From Chiloscyllium plagiosum (lineage: Eukaryota), in NCBI RefSeq assembly GCF_004010195.1, contig NC_057719.1:45688658-45752657 (forward strand): DNA of 64,000 nt. Reading direction: 5' to 3'. The position numbers and the translations under genes are program-made. Position 1 is the first letter of the stretch. Each line of letters opens with the position of its first letter. The notes below the pieces were generated by a model. It searched no databases and was not told where the DNA came from. It worked only from the letters and a program-made list of their open reading frames with translations. This document shows, piece by piece, positions 51,022 to 63,499 of this stretch.

Positions 51022-52589
51022 TTACCCTACGTTAGCAGTAGTGGATAGAAGGTCCACAGTCCATTCCAGGAAGATGCCAGGAAATTCCAGGAAGCATGGG
51101 AAACACAAATGACAATATAACTGCATGTGATTGCTTGTGGCACAATTGTATTGTCCCTATCTTTGAGCCAGAAAGCTCAGGTTCAAGTGCCACCTGCCAT
51201 GGAAGTGCATCATAATCAAACATGTTGATAAAACAAAATTGCACATCAGAAAGAAGCAAAAGTGGTGACATTGAAACCTTATATGCCTTCAATTACAATT
51301 ATACGCACATATTTAGAAACAAGCCAGTGTCTATCAAAGTAACTGCTGATTCACTTTGTTTGGCTTCAACATTGGTTGTTAAGTCATTATTTATTTTGTA
51401 TTTTGTCACTATTTACACTCAAATTCCAATTATGCAAAACCTTGTTTACATTACATGAGGTCTGCCTGCCTGCAAACCTAAGCATGCTGCCAAAGATGTC
51501 TGCACAAGCTTAATAACGTGCACAGAGCATTCTGCAAACAAAACATTCAGGAGGACAAGAACCCTGACTTTCAATGTTTAAATCAAGACATTATTAAAAT
51601 GTGCCTAGGAAGATCAATGGACTATAATCTGGACTCTTATTCCATGCCATTTCAAAATGAAGCACGAAGACAAGACAGCTTCAGGGAACTCACTTCTCTT
51701 CACTTGGCTATCACTTGACTCCAGACTTTGACTGTAATCTTTCGTATTTATGTGAAGCAGAAACCACATTAGCACTTGTAATGAAACTTATGTGAAGCAG
51801 TCAAAAATTCCCAAATATGAAAATGCAATAAACATTCAATCCCTCCACCAACGCTGCACTGTGTCAACACATCAACAAAATGTAGTGGTGCAAATCACCA
51901 AGGTCTATCCACAGCACTTTTCAAACCTCCGACATCTACTACCTAGAAGAGCAAGACCAGGTGCATGAGAAAACCCCCATATAAGCGTTTCTATCAATGT
52001 CACTCATCATTCTGACTTGCAAATATATTGCTACTCTTTCACTGTTGCTGGGTCAGTATCCTGGAACTCCCTATCTTACTGCACTTTGTAATACCTACAC
52101 CATACAGGCTGCAACATTTAAGAAGGTAACTCTTGACCTTGAATTTATCGTTCATAATATGGATATGAATCAATATTTTCTAATGAAATACAAAATCTGG
52201 AAATCAAGCGATACAGGCTACATCATGCATCTGGCTCTGCTCTCCAAATCAAAGCTCACCAGTCGTCTCTGGCTGACTGAAGCAGATGGTACTCAGGATG
52301 ATGGCATTTTGGTCACATTATTTGATTCATAAACCAGACACCCACCTCAGAGAAGGGTTTAAAATGCCACCAAGTCAGCCGGTGGAAATGAAATACAACT
52401 AATTAATAAATCTGGAAATATAAACTAGTCTAAGAATGACTGATCCTGAAACAATTGGACTATCATAAAATTCCATCTGGTTCATGGATGTCCTCCAGGA
52501 CAGGAAATCTGCTATCTAAACCTAGTTTGGCCCATACTTGGTGGCCCATTTTATTCCCTTAATAAGCATTCATTCAGGACCAGCACTCT

Positions 52590-53158
52590 GAATTCAACAG
52601 TCAAAACGTTATGCTGCAGCTCTATAGAGCCCTGGTTAGACCATACTTGGAATAGTGTGTTCAGTTCTGGTTGCCTCATTATAGGAAGGATGTGGATGCT
52701 TTAGAGAAGGTGCAGAGATTTATCAGGATGCTTCCTGGATTGGAGGGCATGTCTTGTGAAGAGAGGTTGAGGGAGCTAGGGCTTTCTCATTGAAGCAAAG
52801 GATGAGAGGTGACTTGATAGAAGTGTACAAGATGATGAGAGGCAGATACAGTGAATAGTCAGAGGCTTTTTCCGAGGACAGAAATGGCTACCACAAGGGG
52901 GCATAATTTTTAGGTGACTTAGAAGAGATGTCAGAGGTAGGTTCTTGACACAGAGAGTGGTAGGTGTGTAGAATGCACTGCCAGCGGTGGTAGTAGAGTC
53001 ATATACATTAGGAACATTTAAACGACCCTTGGATAGGCACATGGATGATAGTAAAATGAAGGCTATCTAGGTTAGTTTGATCTTGGAGTCGGATAAAAGG
53101 TTGACACAACCTCGAGGGCTGAAAGGCCGGTACTATGCTACAATGTTCTATGTTCTAA
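52590..53158 (+). mobile_element. CR1 3' fragment (GTTCTAT-type tail)
   Basis: Reverse-complement similarity to 22466-23040; ends atgttctatgttct. Confidence 0.8.
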
Positions 53159-53869
53159 CACCATCAGCCTTCTCAGGTGGACACAAGAATCCCCATTTTG
53201 AAGAGATGGAGAGATTCTGTTGCGTTTCTATTTGACTTTCTGTTTATGTTACAAAACGAGTGCGTTCTCCAGTGTTCTGGCTAATACATATCCTTTAACC
53301 TACGTCGCTAAAAGACGTCATTACTTCACAGCCAATGGTATGACCTTGTCTATTCAAATTGGTTTTCACAGTTGCACATCACAACAGCGAGTACACTTCT
53401 AAAGTACTTCAGTGGCCGTAAATTGCTTTGAGTCACAACATAACTGCAAAATTTATAAGCTAGTTCAAATTCTTCCTTTACCCCACAACAGTGAACCCAA
53501 AATGTTCAGGACTCCAGAGTTACTATTCTCGAAACGTGTATCCTTTTCATGATTGGGACTTCCTATGAAACTTTATTGAGATTACGCCTGTGTCCATAGG
53601 AGACCAGCATCATACAATTGGCTCTAGGTGTAAAATCAGAAATGTGCTCTTTCCTATGAGCATTACTGTTCATAGTATTGCACCAGATTATGACCAAACA
53701 GGATAAGCCATCCTGTTATGCGATGTTCAAAGTTTTTTGGGGTTTGCTCCCCATGTCTTGAGGATTTAAGAAACAGGGCGAAAGTGAGAACTGCAGATGC
53801 TGGAGATTAGAGTAAAGAGTGTGGTGCTGGAAAAGCACAGCAGGTCAGGCAGCATCCGAGGAGCAGAAG

Positions 53870-53902
53870 AATCAACGTTTCGGGCAAATGCCCTTCATCA
53901 GG
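53870..53902 (-). ncRNA. Minimal hammerhead motif (family A) in a pseudo-LTR fragment at about 53778-53902
   Basis: Minus strand C-CTGATGA(53895-53901)-A-GGGC ATTT GCCC-GAAA-CGTT-GATT. Core and stem II are intact, but stem I is truncated by the junction with the L1/Tx1 element. Confidence 0.6.
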
Positions 53903-56900
53903 GTGGATATTGCTTTGTAACAGGAGACACACTTGGATGACAAGGAGCATCTGAAATTACAGCAGAATGGCTTTGACTGAGTTTATTTTTCATCATTTAA
54001 TGCCAGAGGTAGGGGAGGGGCTATATTGGTCAGGAAGAATCTTCCATTTAAATTGTGAGTGTGTGTTAAGACACACACGGGAGGTTTGTAGTTCTTCAAG
54101 CCTTGAGTAATGGGGAATAATATGGTGTTTCAAATGTTTATTGCCCTCCAGCTCATCCTCTTAAATTTTTGGTAGATGCATTTTCTAAACTGATAAGTCT
54201 CGAGTTCCGGCACATCATTATAGGGGGAGATTCTAACTGTCTCATGGATCTCAGAGTAGACAGGTTGCCCAAAGGTCCCTCGATACCCTCTGTACAAACT
54301 AAACAGTTAATGGGTCTGTTTGGGGAGTTAGGGTTGGTGGATGTCTGGAGGCGTCTCCACTCTACAGGCAGGGATTTTATGTTTTTCTCCAATCCGCACA
54401 GATGTCACACCAGGATTGGTCTTTTTCTGACCCCTGCAGCAACTCTGGATTTAGTGGCATCTTGTACGATTGGTAATATTACCATCTCTGCTCATGCTCC
54501 AGTGTACCTTATGGTTATGATTAAGGACATTACAATGGGTTCGAGGCACTGGCGAATGGATCCCTTCATCCTCAAGGATAATAAATTTGTGGAGTATTTC
54601 TCTAGGGAATTTCGGGCGTTCCTAGACATCAACTTAGGCTCGGTTGGTAGTTCATCCATCCTTTGGGAAACTGCCAAAGCCTATGCCAGGGGTTAATTAT
54701 TTCCTATTCCACATAAGCCCTTCTTCAGTCAGCATCTGCAGTCCTCACTTTTTCCCTTACTTTGACAGACCCTCATTGGTCAAACTACAGAGGTTTACGT
54801 CACTGCAGTCTGCACTAAATTCCGTGCTCACACAGACAGCAAAGAAGGAGCTGGCTTTTGCAAAGCAAAGGTTATACGAGCATGGTGACAAGCCAGGCAA
54901 ATACATAGCGTATCTTTCCAGGAAAAGGAGTGCCCCTCAAGCCAAAACAGTGATTAGTGAAGGGTCTGGGAACCTAGCATGTGATTCTAAAAAGATTAAT
55001 ATAGCGTTCTAGAGATTTTACTACCAATCTGAGGATTGTGAGGGGGAGCTGGACAAAATGGAGCCTTTTTTTAAGGATCTGAAGCTCCCGAGTACGATCC
55101 CTAAACAAGAGTCCTTTCTCAATGCCCTTATCAGAGCAAGAAGTGCAGGAAGCTGTGAGGCAACTTCAGAGTGGAAAGGCGCCCGGTCCTGGTGGACTTC
55201 CCAGTGAATTCTATAAGGAATTTATAAGTATACTGTCAGGCCCGATGTTCAATATATTTTATGACTCATAGAGTCATGATTGTCTCCCAACATCTCTGAG
55301 ACTGGCCAATATTTCACTTAGCCTTAAAAAAGGGAAGGACCCAGAAGACTGTGCTTCATACAGGCCCATTTCACTCCAATAATGTTAGGAGGCTGCTAAA
55401 TGTAATTCAAGCATGTCAACAACAGTCAATACAGGAATTGGTGATTTCTCTAGATGCAGAGAAGGCAATTGACTGAGTTGAATGGTAGTACTTTTTCTAT
55501 ACTCTGGAGTGGTTTGGTTTGGGTGAAGTCTTTATTAGATGGGTAAAGGTTCTCTATCGTGGTGCTCTCGCAGGGGTCATCACCAATGGGGTACGAACAA
55601 GCAGTTTATTATTTTTAGGAGCAGCTGGCAGGGCTGTCCCCTCTCGCCACTGCTTTTTACGCTGGTGATTGAACCATTGGCGGAGGCCATTCATGGGATC
55701 TCAATACATCAGCTCTAGAAGCGGGGTCAAAATTACATAAGATTTCATTGTATGCAGACACTGTCCTACTTTTTGTGACAAATCCAGCAGTTTCAGTGCC
55801 TCGCCTGATACAATGCGTTCACGTGTTTGGCACTTTTCAGGGTATAAGATTAATTTTGCGAAATCAGAGGCTATGCCATTGGGTGGTCTTACGAAGGAGC
55901 TAGTCTTGAGGGCGACTATAGATTCCTATTTAGGAGGTCACAGCGGGGTTTTGTGTATTTGGGCACATTCATTACTCCAGTTCTGGATCAGCTGTTCAAA
56001 GACAATTTTAACTAATTATTTGATAAAATTAAACTTTAGGAGACCTTCAAAGATGGGAGGCACTTCCGGTCTCGTGGTTGGGTCGGATAGCGCTTATTAA
56101 GATGAATATACTCCCCCCGTTTGCAATACTCTATACGGTCGTTCCCCCGATTTTCAGTAAGCAAACATTCAGGAGGCTGAACGGCTGGATCAGTTCCTTT
56201 ATTTGGCACCGTAAGTGGCTCCTCATTAAATTAGCTAAACTGCAACTGCCTCACAGATGGGGGGGAGTGGACTTTCCGGACATTAAAAATTACCAATTAA
56301 GAACGCTTTGGTCCTACATGAGTGCTTGAGTTTGTGGAGATCCTCTTTCAAAATGGCTAGGTATCGAAGCCTCCCAGGTGCCCCCTTACCAGTTTGCTGT
56401 TTTTGGACAAAATGAGGACAGTTAGGGAATACTGCCATAACCCAATAGTCATCAATACTGTTAAAGCATGGAGGGCAATTTGGTAAAGGGAAGGCAATAT
56501 TGGCAAAACATCTTTGTTTACACCTTTAGTGAGTATGCTAGGTTTTCAAGCGGGAATGAGAGATTCAGGTTTTAAACACTGGGCAGCTAGGGGTATGTTT
56601 TGCACTGGCAATTATTTGAGGGAGACGTAATACAGTCAATACAGTTAATACAGAAGTACGAGTTATCTAATAGAGACCTCTTTCATTTTTTGACAGATCC
56701 CTACAAATTTGACAGAGAGACAAGGGGGTGCTAAGTGATAAAAGTACACTTTCTGCCCCCTCAGATGAGTTTGATCGACTCTGCAAGGTGTGGGAGAGAG
56801 AGCTGGGCGTTGAAGTTTCCTCAGAGGCATGGGAGAATATTTGGGAGAATGCAAGGAAGATATCCATTTGCAATAGGACTCATGCTTTACAGTTGAAGGT

Positions 56901-57650
56901 TCCCACAGGGTCCATTTGGCTCTGGACCATTTGTCAAAATTTAAACCAGGGATACCTTCAGCATGTCCCAAGTGCAAAGTAAGAGTCCACGGGCATTCTT
57001 ACCCATTGTCTTTGGTCTTGTGATAGGCTTCAAACATATTGGAGTGCTGTGGCGGGCGCAATGGAGAGGACTTTGGGTCTAAGGGTGGAGAAGGACCCTA
57101 TCTCTCTCATTTTGGGCCTGCCCACTGTATTCCCTGCAGACGAACATAAGAAAATACTTTTCAATATTCTCATGTTCTGTGCAAGAAAGAATATCTTGCT
57201 AGGCTGGATATCCGAAAATCCCCCGGGCCTGTCGGTTTGGCGGAAGATTGTTATGGAGCATATTCCCTTGGATTTTCTCACAAATATGGTACCCCACAAA
57301 ACTGAGAATTTTTATAAGATGTGGCAGCCCTTTTTGGAATACCTGGACACAGATTTATCTGCCACACTTTATATAGTTGTAATGCTTGGGTTTTATGAGT
57401 CCAATATACAGGGAGGAGGAACTGTGAACTTATGAGCGTTTTGGTTGGCTAGGCTGAGTTATTACTCTTTATTAGTTTTTTGTTGGTTATTATTTATTTA
57501 GTTAAATAGCCAGTTTGGGGTTTTTTATTGTATAGTTTTCTATATGTGTTTATACATTTGTACCTGAGGGTAGGTTGGGTTTTTTTCACTTGTGTTTGTT
57601 TTTGTATTGTTTTGGATTGTATTGTTTTGTACTTGTTGTAATATTTGTAC
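53903..57650 (+). mobile_element. L1/Tx1-clade LINE ORF2 and 3' UTR, decayed
   Basis: Begins at the APE motif DIAL*QETHL. Then IIIGGDSN, DVWR, KAPGPGG, QGCPLSP, SGYKINFAKSE, GRIALIKMNILP, GGVDFP and a C-terminal CCHC-like CPKC...HCLWSC remnant. T-rich 3' UTR. Confidence 0.92.
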
Positions 57651-57651
57651 T

Positions 57652-58095
57652 TGTAGGTTTGCTCACTGAGTTGGAAGGTATGTTTCCAGACATTTCGTCA
57701 CCCTCCTAGGTAACATTTTCAATGGGCCTCTGGGCAAAGCACTTTGATAATTCCTGCTTTCTATTTATATGTTTGGGTTTCTTTGGGTTGGTGATATCAT
57801 TTCCTGTGATGATGTCATGGCATTCCAACCAGAACTCTACCAACAAACACATCAAGTTAGACCCCATCTACCACCCCCGGAGAAAAAAGAACAGGAAGTG
57901 ACATCACCACCGTAAATGATGCCACCACAGGAAATGATATCACCAGTCCAAAGAAACCCAAATATATAAATAGAAAGCAGGAATTATCAACAGTGCTTTG
58001 CCTGGAGGCCCACTGAAGATGTTACCCAGTAAGGTGACGAAATATCTGGAAATGAACCTTCCAGTTCAGCGAGCAAACCTACATCCAGAACTTCA
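57652..58095. mobile_element. Family-B PLE fragment with inverted pseudo-LTR pair
   Basis: Arms at about 57652-57818 and 57918-58083 are reverse complements around a GIY-YIG C-terminal remnant. Homologous to 41314-41600. Confidence 0.82.
58010..58049 (+). ncRNA. Minimal hammerhead motif (family B)
   Basis: CCA-CTGAAGA-T-GTTACC CAGTAA GGTGAC-GAAA-TATC-TGG. Helix III palindrome ATAT; AUC triplet. Confidence 0.72.
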
Positions 58096-58206
58096 ATCCT
58101 ACTCTGCCATTCAGTATCAACATGGCTGATCATCCAACACAGTAACTTGTTCCCACCTTTTCCCATATTCTTTGATCCCTTTACCCCTAAGAACAAAATC
58201 AAACTC

Positions 58207-58433
58207 TGAAACAACTCCACAGACAGCAGTATCTTGTCACCAGGTCACCCTTTATTTACATGTGGAAAGCCCTTGACACTGATCCTGTTTCCTCAGAGTC
58301 AGCTCTCAGAATGAACAGAACGTCTGTCATGTTTGTTTCTATCAGTCAGCCAGGGCTCCCTGAGTGCAGCAGATTAACAGTCCCAATCGAGGAATTCATA
58401 TTCTTTGAGGTCCATTTGGCTGACCTCGCTACA
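58207..58433 (-). mobile_element. Solo LTR (227 bp) inside an old CR1 3' fragment (about 58100-58620)
   Basis: TG...CA termini and 5-bp TSD AACTC at 58202-58206 and 58434-58438. AATAAA on the minus strand. Homologous to 6221-6361. Confidence 0.8.
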
Positions 58434-58720
58434 AACTCCTTCTTGAATACATCCCAATGTTTTAGCCTCAACCACTTCCTATGGTTGAGAATTCCATAGA
58501 TTCACCATAGTCTGGAAGAAATTTCTCCTCATCTCAGTACTAAATGACTGCCATATCCTCAGACTGTGACCTCTGGTTCTAGACTCCCGATCATCGGGAA
58601 CATACTAACTGCATTCACCCTGTCATTGACAGTCATTGACACTGTAAGAGAATTAGTTGCAGCATTCCTGGATTAACAGAAGGCAGGAAACAAATCAGCA
58701 AACCCCATAATTAGCATTGT

Positions 58721-59510
58721 AGAGTCATAGAGATGTACAGCATGAGTTGGTCCAACTCGTCCATGTTGAACAGATATCCTAGTCTCATTTGCCAGCACTT
58801 GGCCCATATCCTCTAAACACTCCCTACTCATATACCCATCCAGATACCTTTTAAATGTAATTGTACCAGCCTCCACCACTTCCTCTGGCAGCTCATTCCA
58901 TACAAGCACCACCCTCTGCGTAAAAAAAGTTGCCCCTTAGGTCCTTTTTAAATCTTTCACCTGTCACTGTGAACATTGCCCTCTAGTTTTGGATTCCTTA
59001 TCCTAGGGAAAATACCTTGTCTATTTATCCTATCCATGCGCGTCATGATTTTATAAACCTCTACAAGGTCACCTCTCAGCCTCCAAAACTCCAGGGAAAA
59101 TAACCCTAATCTATTCAGCCTCTCCCCATTGCTCAAACCCTCCGACCCCGGAAATCCCCTTGTAAATCTTTTCTGAACCCTTTTAAGTTTCACAACATCC
59201 TTCCCGTATCAGGGAGACCAGAATTAAATGCACTCCGACAATAGTGGCCTAACCAATGACCTGTACAGCCGCAACATGATCTTCCAACTCCTGTACTCAA
59301 TGCTCTGATCAATAAAAGCAACACTTCTTCACTATCCTATCTACCTGTGACTCCACTTTCAAGGACCTATGAACCCGCACCTCACGACTCTTTGTTCAGC
59401 GACACTCTCCAGGACTTTAACATTAAGTGTATTATTCCTGCACTGATTTGCCTTTTCAAAATGCAGCACCTCACATTTATCTAAATTAAACTCCATCTGT
59501 CACTCCTCGC
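58721..59510 (-). mobile_element. 5'-truncated CR1 LINE 3' part
   Basis: Colinear with 518-1345; pieces KRVQKRFTR and VWNELPEEVVEA. Confidence 0.9.
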
Positions 59511-61245
59511 AATAACCAATCCTGGAAAAAATATGTGTGATCATTGGATGTGGAGAGGCTCTGAACTCAATTACTATGTCTTCTGCGGTCAATCCATAAT
59601 CTGATATGGAATGGTTAGGCTGGCCATTTGGCTGGGATACTAGCCAACAATGGAATTAGAGACTGAATATGAAGGTTTTTTAAATAATTAATCCCGCACA
59701 AAAATAACTTATTTTAGGTTTCATATTATAAAAAACACTTCAGTTAAAATTTCAAAACTGAAAGACCACAAACATTGCTTAAAAAATTGTTAACAAATGG
59801 CAGAAGAGGTGTATTTCTGCATTGCTTCACACATTATTTACATTTAAGTTAACTGTATATAAGCATAACAAAATATCTTTACTGCACGTTCATTCTCAAC
59901 ACTAGCATTCCTGCAGAAATTTGAAATAAATGTTTAGGTAGACTGTCTGTACAGTTATACACATTATAAGGTAAATAAAGATGTACTTAAAATTAAGAGC
60001 AAAAAGATTTCTAAGTAGACAAGTAGAAAAGAGAACATCAATCTTTTAGCCACTTAATCGGAACTGAAACACTCTAGAGGTCTCTTGTAGAGGGCAAAAT
60101 GGATGACAGCAGAAAGCGTGGTCAGTCGAGGCTGACAGATGTGTCAGAATGGCATAAGACAGCTCAGTAGGGTCTATCTTGACACGAGATCACCTGCCAC
60201 AAGAACCTATAGACAACAACTGCATGGAAAATATTGACTAAGACCGAAAATAGGCAGAGTTATGGAATGCAGATATGAATGCAGTTAATCTAGCTAGAAT
60301 TAATAAATAAATTATGATAGCCGACATAAATTAGAGGAACAAATTCAAGGTTTCGACTCTGCACATTAATCTCATTGTTGTTATCTGGCACAGGACTTTG
60401 TGTATATTACCAGAAATACACAGGACGTTAACAGGAACATACTTTTGTAATAGCATTCAAAATGTGTGGGAAACATGGTCATAAAAATATATACTGTCTC
60501 ATTAAATTCTGTATACACCCCATACATGGGGTAAATTTATCCACAAAAATGTTGCTTACTGTTTCATTTCAAATTCATTAATCATAACTACAGCAAATGT
60601 GCCAGAAATGTGTACTTTCATTCTCTAACAGTAATGTTATTAGTAATTCACAAATGATGTGATCGACATCAATTCATTACCATGATATGACATGAACAAT
60701 TTGATTACAGCTGTCATAAGGCTTTATCTAATTAAGAACACTGACTAAGGGAAGCTACAGGAGGACTGCCAATATAACTTGTGGAACTTCACCTTAGTAC
60801 AAATCACGAACATCAGGAGAAAATTGAAAATCGGAAAAAAAAATGCTGCACATACATGTACAACTGACACCTGGGGAAAAAAATCTACAACCAGCCTAAT
60901 CAAAAGAAATCAGGGATATTTGCTGTATAAATGATTGTAGATAAACACCAAAAGGATTAACAGTCACTATTTATTTGCTCCATCTAGTTAAATTAGCCAA
61001 TCATATCACCCTTCACAACATATCTAACATAATTTGCTTATTAATAAAAAACACAAACATTTAATTTGTTTTGTGTTCAGCTCTGCATATTGTACCCAAT
61101 CATTTTTCATTGCTCTTGACAGCTGAAATTCATTTTTGTTCAAACTTTGTAATTTAATGCTTAGCCCAGGAATTCTTTTCACTTCATCTTTTAATAAGTT
61201 AATTCTATTTAGCAGCTTGTATCTATAAAATGCCCCAGTACTTAC

Positions 61246-61392
61246 AAGCAGTGTAGAACAGCACCACCACGTGGGGAATTGTTTCTAAGATTGTAGGAAA
61301 GCTAATGTCTGTTAGTGCTTGAATTAAGCCTAGATCATGCTCTTTCCACATGTATGCGCTGATAGCTTCTGCCACTTCATCATCTTGAATAC
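61246..61392 (-). CDS. TXNDC16: TXNDC16 internal coding exon (147 bp, phase 1 to 1)
   Basis: ttcag|GTATTCAAGAT...TACACTGCTT|gtaagt. Translates (G)IQDDEVAEAISAYMWKEHDLGLIQALTDISFPTILETIPHVVVLFYTA(W), resembling human VQDDEVAETVF...IVLFYAGW as recalled. Start of a thioredoxin-like domain. Confidence 0.93.
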
Positions 61393-61839
61393 CTGAACCA
61401 CAGAAAAAAATTTTCAGACCCAATGGAAATAAACATTTTTCCTAATCGTGCATTCATCCTTCATAATTTTGTAAGCATCTTAATACATACACTGTCGGTA
61501 AAACAACATTTTGCTACTAGTTGTGAAGACACCACAGATCATCGAAAGTGACTTTCCTGGATACCTCAAAGAAGTAGCAACGCTAAACCAGCAACCACTG
61601 CCATTTTGTCTGGGATGCTCATTTGACATGTGTGCAAGTGCGTGTTAACCTTATTCAAAAGTTATTTGCTTTACCCTTTTCTAAAAGGAATGATTATTCT
61701 AATCTCAGGAAACTATGATAGTACATTGTTCAGCAGGAGGATGCTGAGAATAATGCCACATTTTGATTATTTGATCCCAGAGGTACACAATCAACCAGCA
61801 AAATTCAACATGAAAATACAAAGGAAACAATCTGCACAA

Positions 61840-61871
61840 AATATAATATAATATAATATAATATAATATAA
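61840..61871. repeat. (AATAT)n pentanucleotide microsatellite, about 6 units
   Basis: Direct reading: atataatataatataatataatataatata. Confidence 0.9.
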
Positions 61872-62643
61872 AAATATTCCATCAAAATATAATACATTAT
61901 GTTGAAATAAATATTATAATAAAGAATCATTCCAGTTCTGCAAACAAATGGATTTGTTCTGGTTGACTTGCTGAGATGTAGTACTTTATATTCTTATTTC
62001 ATCCTTCTTTAAGCATAAATAATAGAAAACGTACTAATGGGAACCTACTTAATAAGTGATGAATATGTAGCATATGCATCTCTGTTACAAATAAAACAAT
62101 TCAGATCTATTTTATTGTCAATAGTACCCTCAATCTCTTTATTAGCATGACATTTCTGAAGGGGGCCTTGTGGTGCAGTGGTAGGATCCAGACCTCTGGG
62201 TCAGACATTGCTGAGGTAGCCACAGAAGGAGCATTGAGGATGCACATCATAAAAAGTCACCCCAGGAATCTTTTTACCACTTTCCTATTATTCTTAAAAA
62301 AGGGAATACCAAGTGTGTGAGAAGACATGCAAAAAGCATTAACATTTTTGAATAGAGTATATCTTATGAAATGGCATTATTGTGGTTTTAAAATATGCTT
62401 TCGTGAAGAAGAATTCTTACTCTGCCTACAGTTATTTACTTAACAGGAAGTCCTGAGGTTTGAATATGCTGAATGACTTTTAGTAGATGCTACCTAGTAA
62501 TACAATGCATTTACATTATGAACTTACATTCTTCTCTTATGATATCAAACACAAGATGGAAAATGAAAGGTTATTCATTATTCTCCATGTGTGAAGTTGT
62601 CAATAGATTTTGCTCTTTTGTATCTAACTGTACTTCACCATAC

Positions 62644-62773
62644 CTATGAAATCCAAATCTTCATTTTCCTCTTCTTCATCTTTAACGCCGTTGGACACAT
62701 TTTTCACTTCACCTTTGACAAGATCGACAATTTCTTCAACAGATGATATAACCAAGTAATTGATGGGTAAGTC
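62644..62773 (-). CDS. TXNDC16: TXNDC16 internal coding exon (first in window; 130 bp, phase 0 to 1)
   Basis: Minus strand tctttag|GACTTACCC...GATTTCATAG|gtatgg. Translates DLPINYLVISSVEEIVDLVKGEVKNVSNGVKDEEEENEDLDFI, an acidic linker like the one that precedes QDDEVAE in vertebrate TXNDC16 (recalled). Phase matches the next exon. Confidence 0.85.
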
Positions 62774-63499
62774 CTAAAGAAACATGACAGAATTCAAACA
62801 AAACCAATTTCTATGGATTAACGAATAGTTAAACACAGAAATGATCTAGTTTTTAGCTTTTAAAAATTAACTTTTGGTGAATGTTTCAATGTTATAGGAA
62901 AATAAAAGCCACTATTCATATTCATGCACAATTTTGTTTCATGATATTACCACAGGATTTTCCTCTGGGCAGTAACTTATGCTCAACTATCTTCAGCTGC
63001 TTCAATCAATGGCTTTTCTTCCACCATAAGATCAGACCAACATGTAATCTCTAACACATTGAAAAAAAAGGATAGTGGACACAAGGGAACACCACCACAA
63101 GCTCCCCTCCAAGCCACACACCAGTCTAACCTGGAACTGTGTAATTACTCCATGACTTACGTTGGGTTAAAATCATGGAACCATCTCCCAAACACCACTT
63201 TGGGTGCACCTACAGCACATGGACTGCAACTGTTCAAGAAGGCAGCCTTACTCAAAAAGGGAAGGAGACAAAAGAAAATGCAATAATATGCCAGTTAGCT
63301 TAACACCTGTCACTGGAAAAATGTTAAGAGTCTATCATACAGGATGTAATAATAGAGCACTCAGAAGTACATAATATACTCAAGTAGAGTCAGAATGGTG
63401 TCATGAAGAGCTGACAAATTTATTGCAGTTCTTCAAGGAGGTAACTAGCACTTAAGATAAAAGGGAACTAATAGTTGTAAAATATTTAGATTCCAAAAA

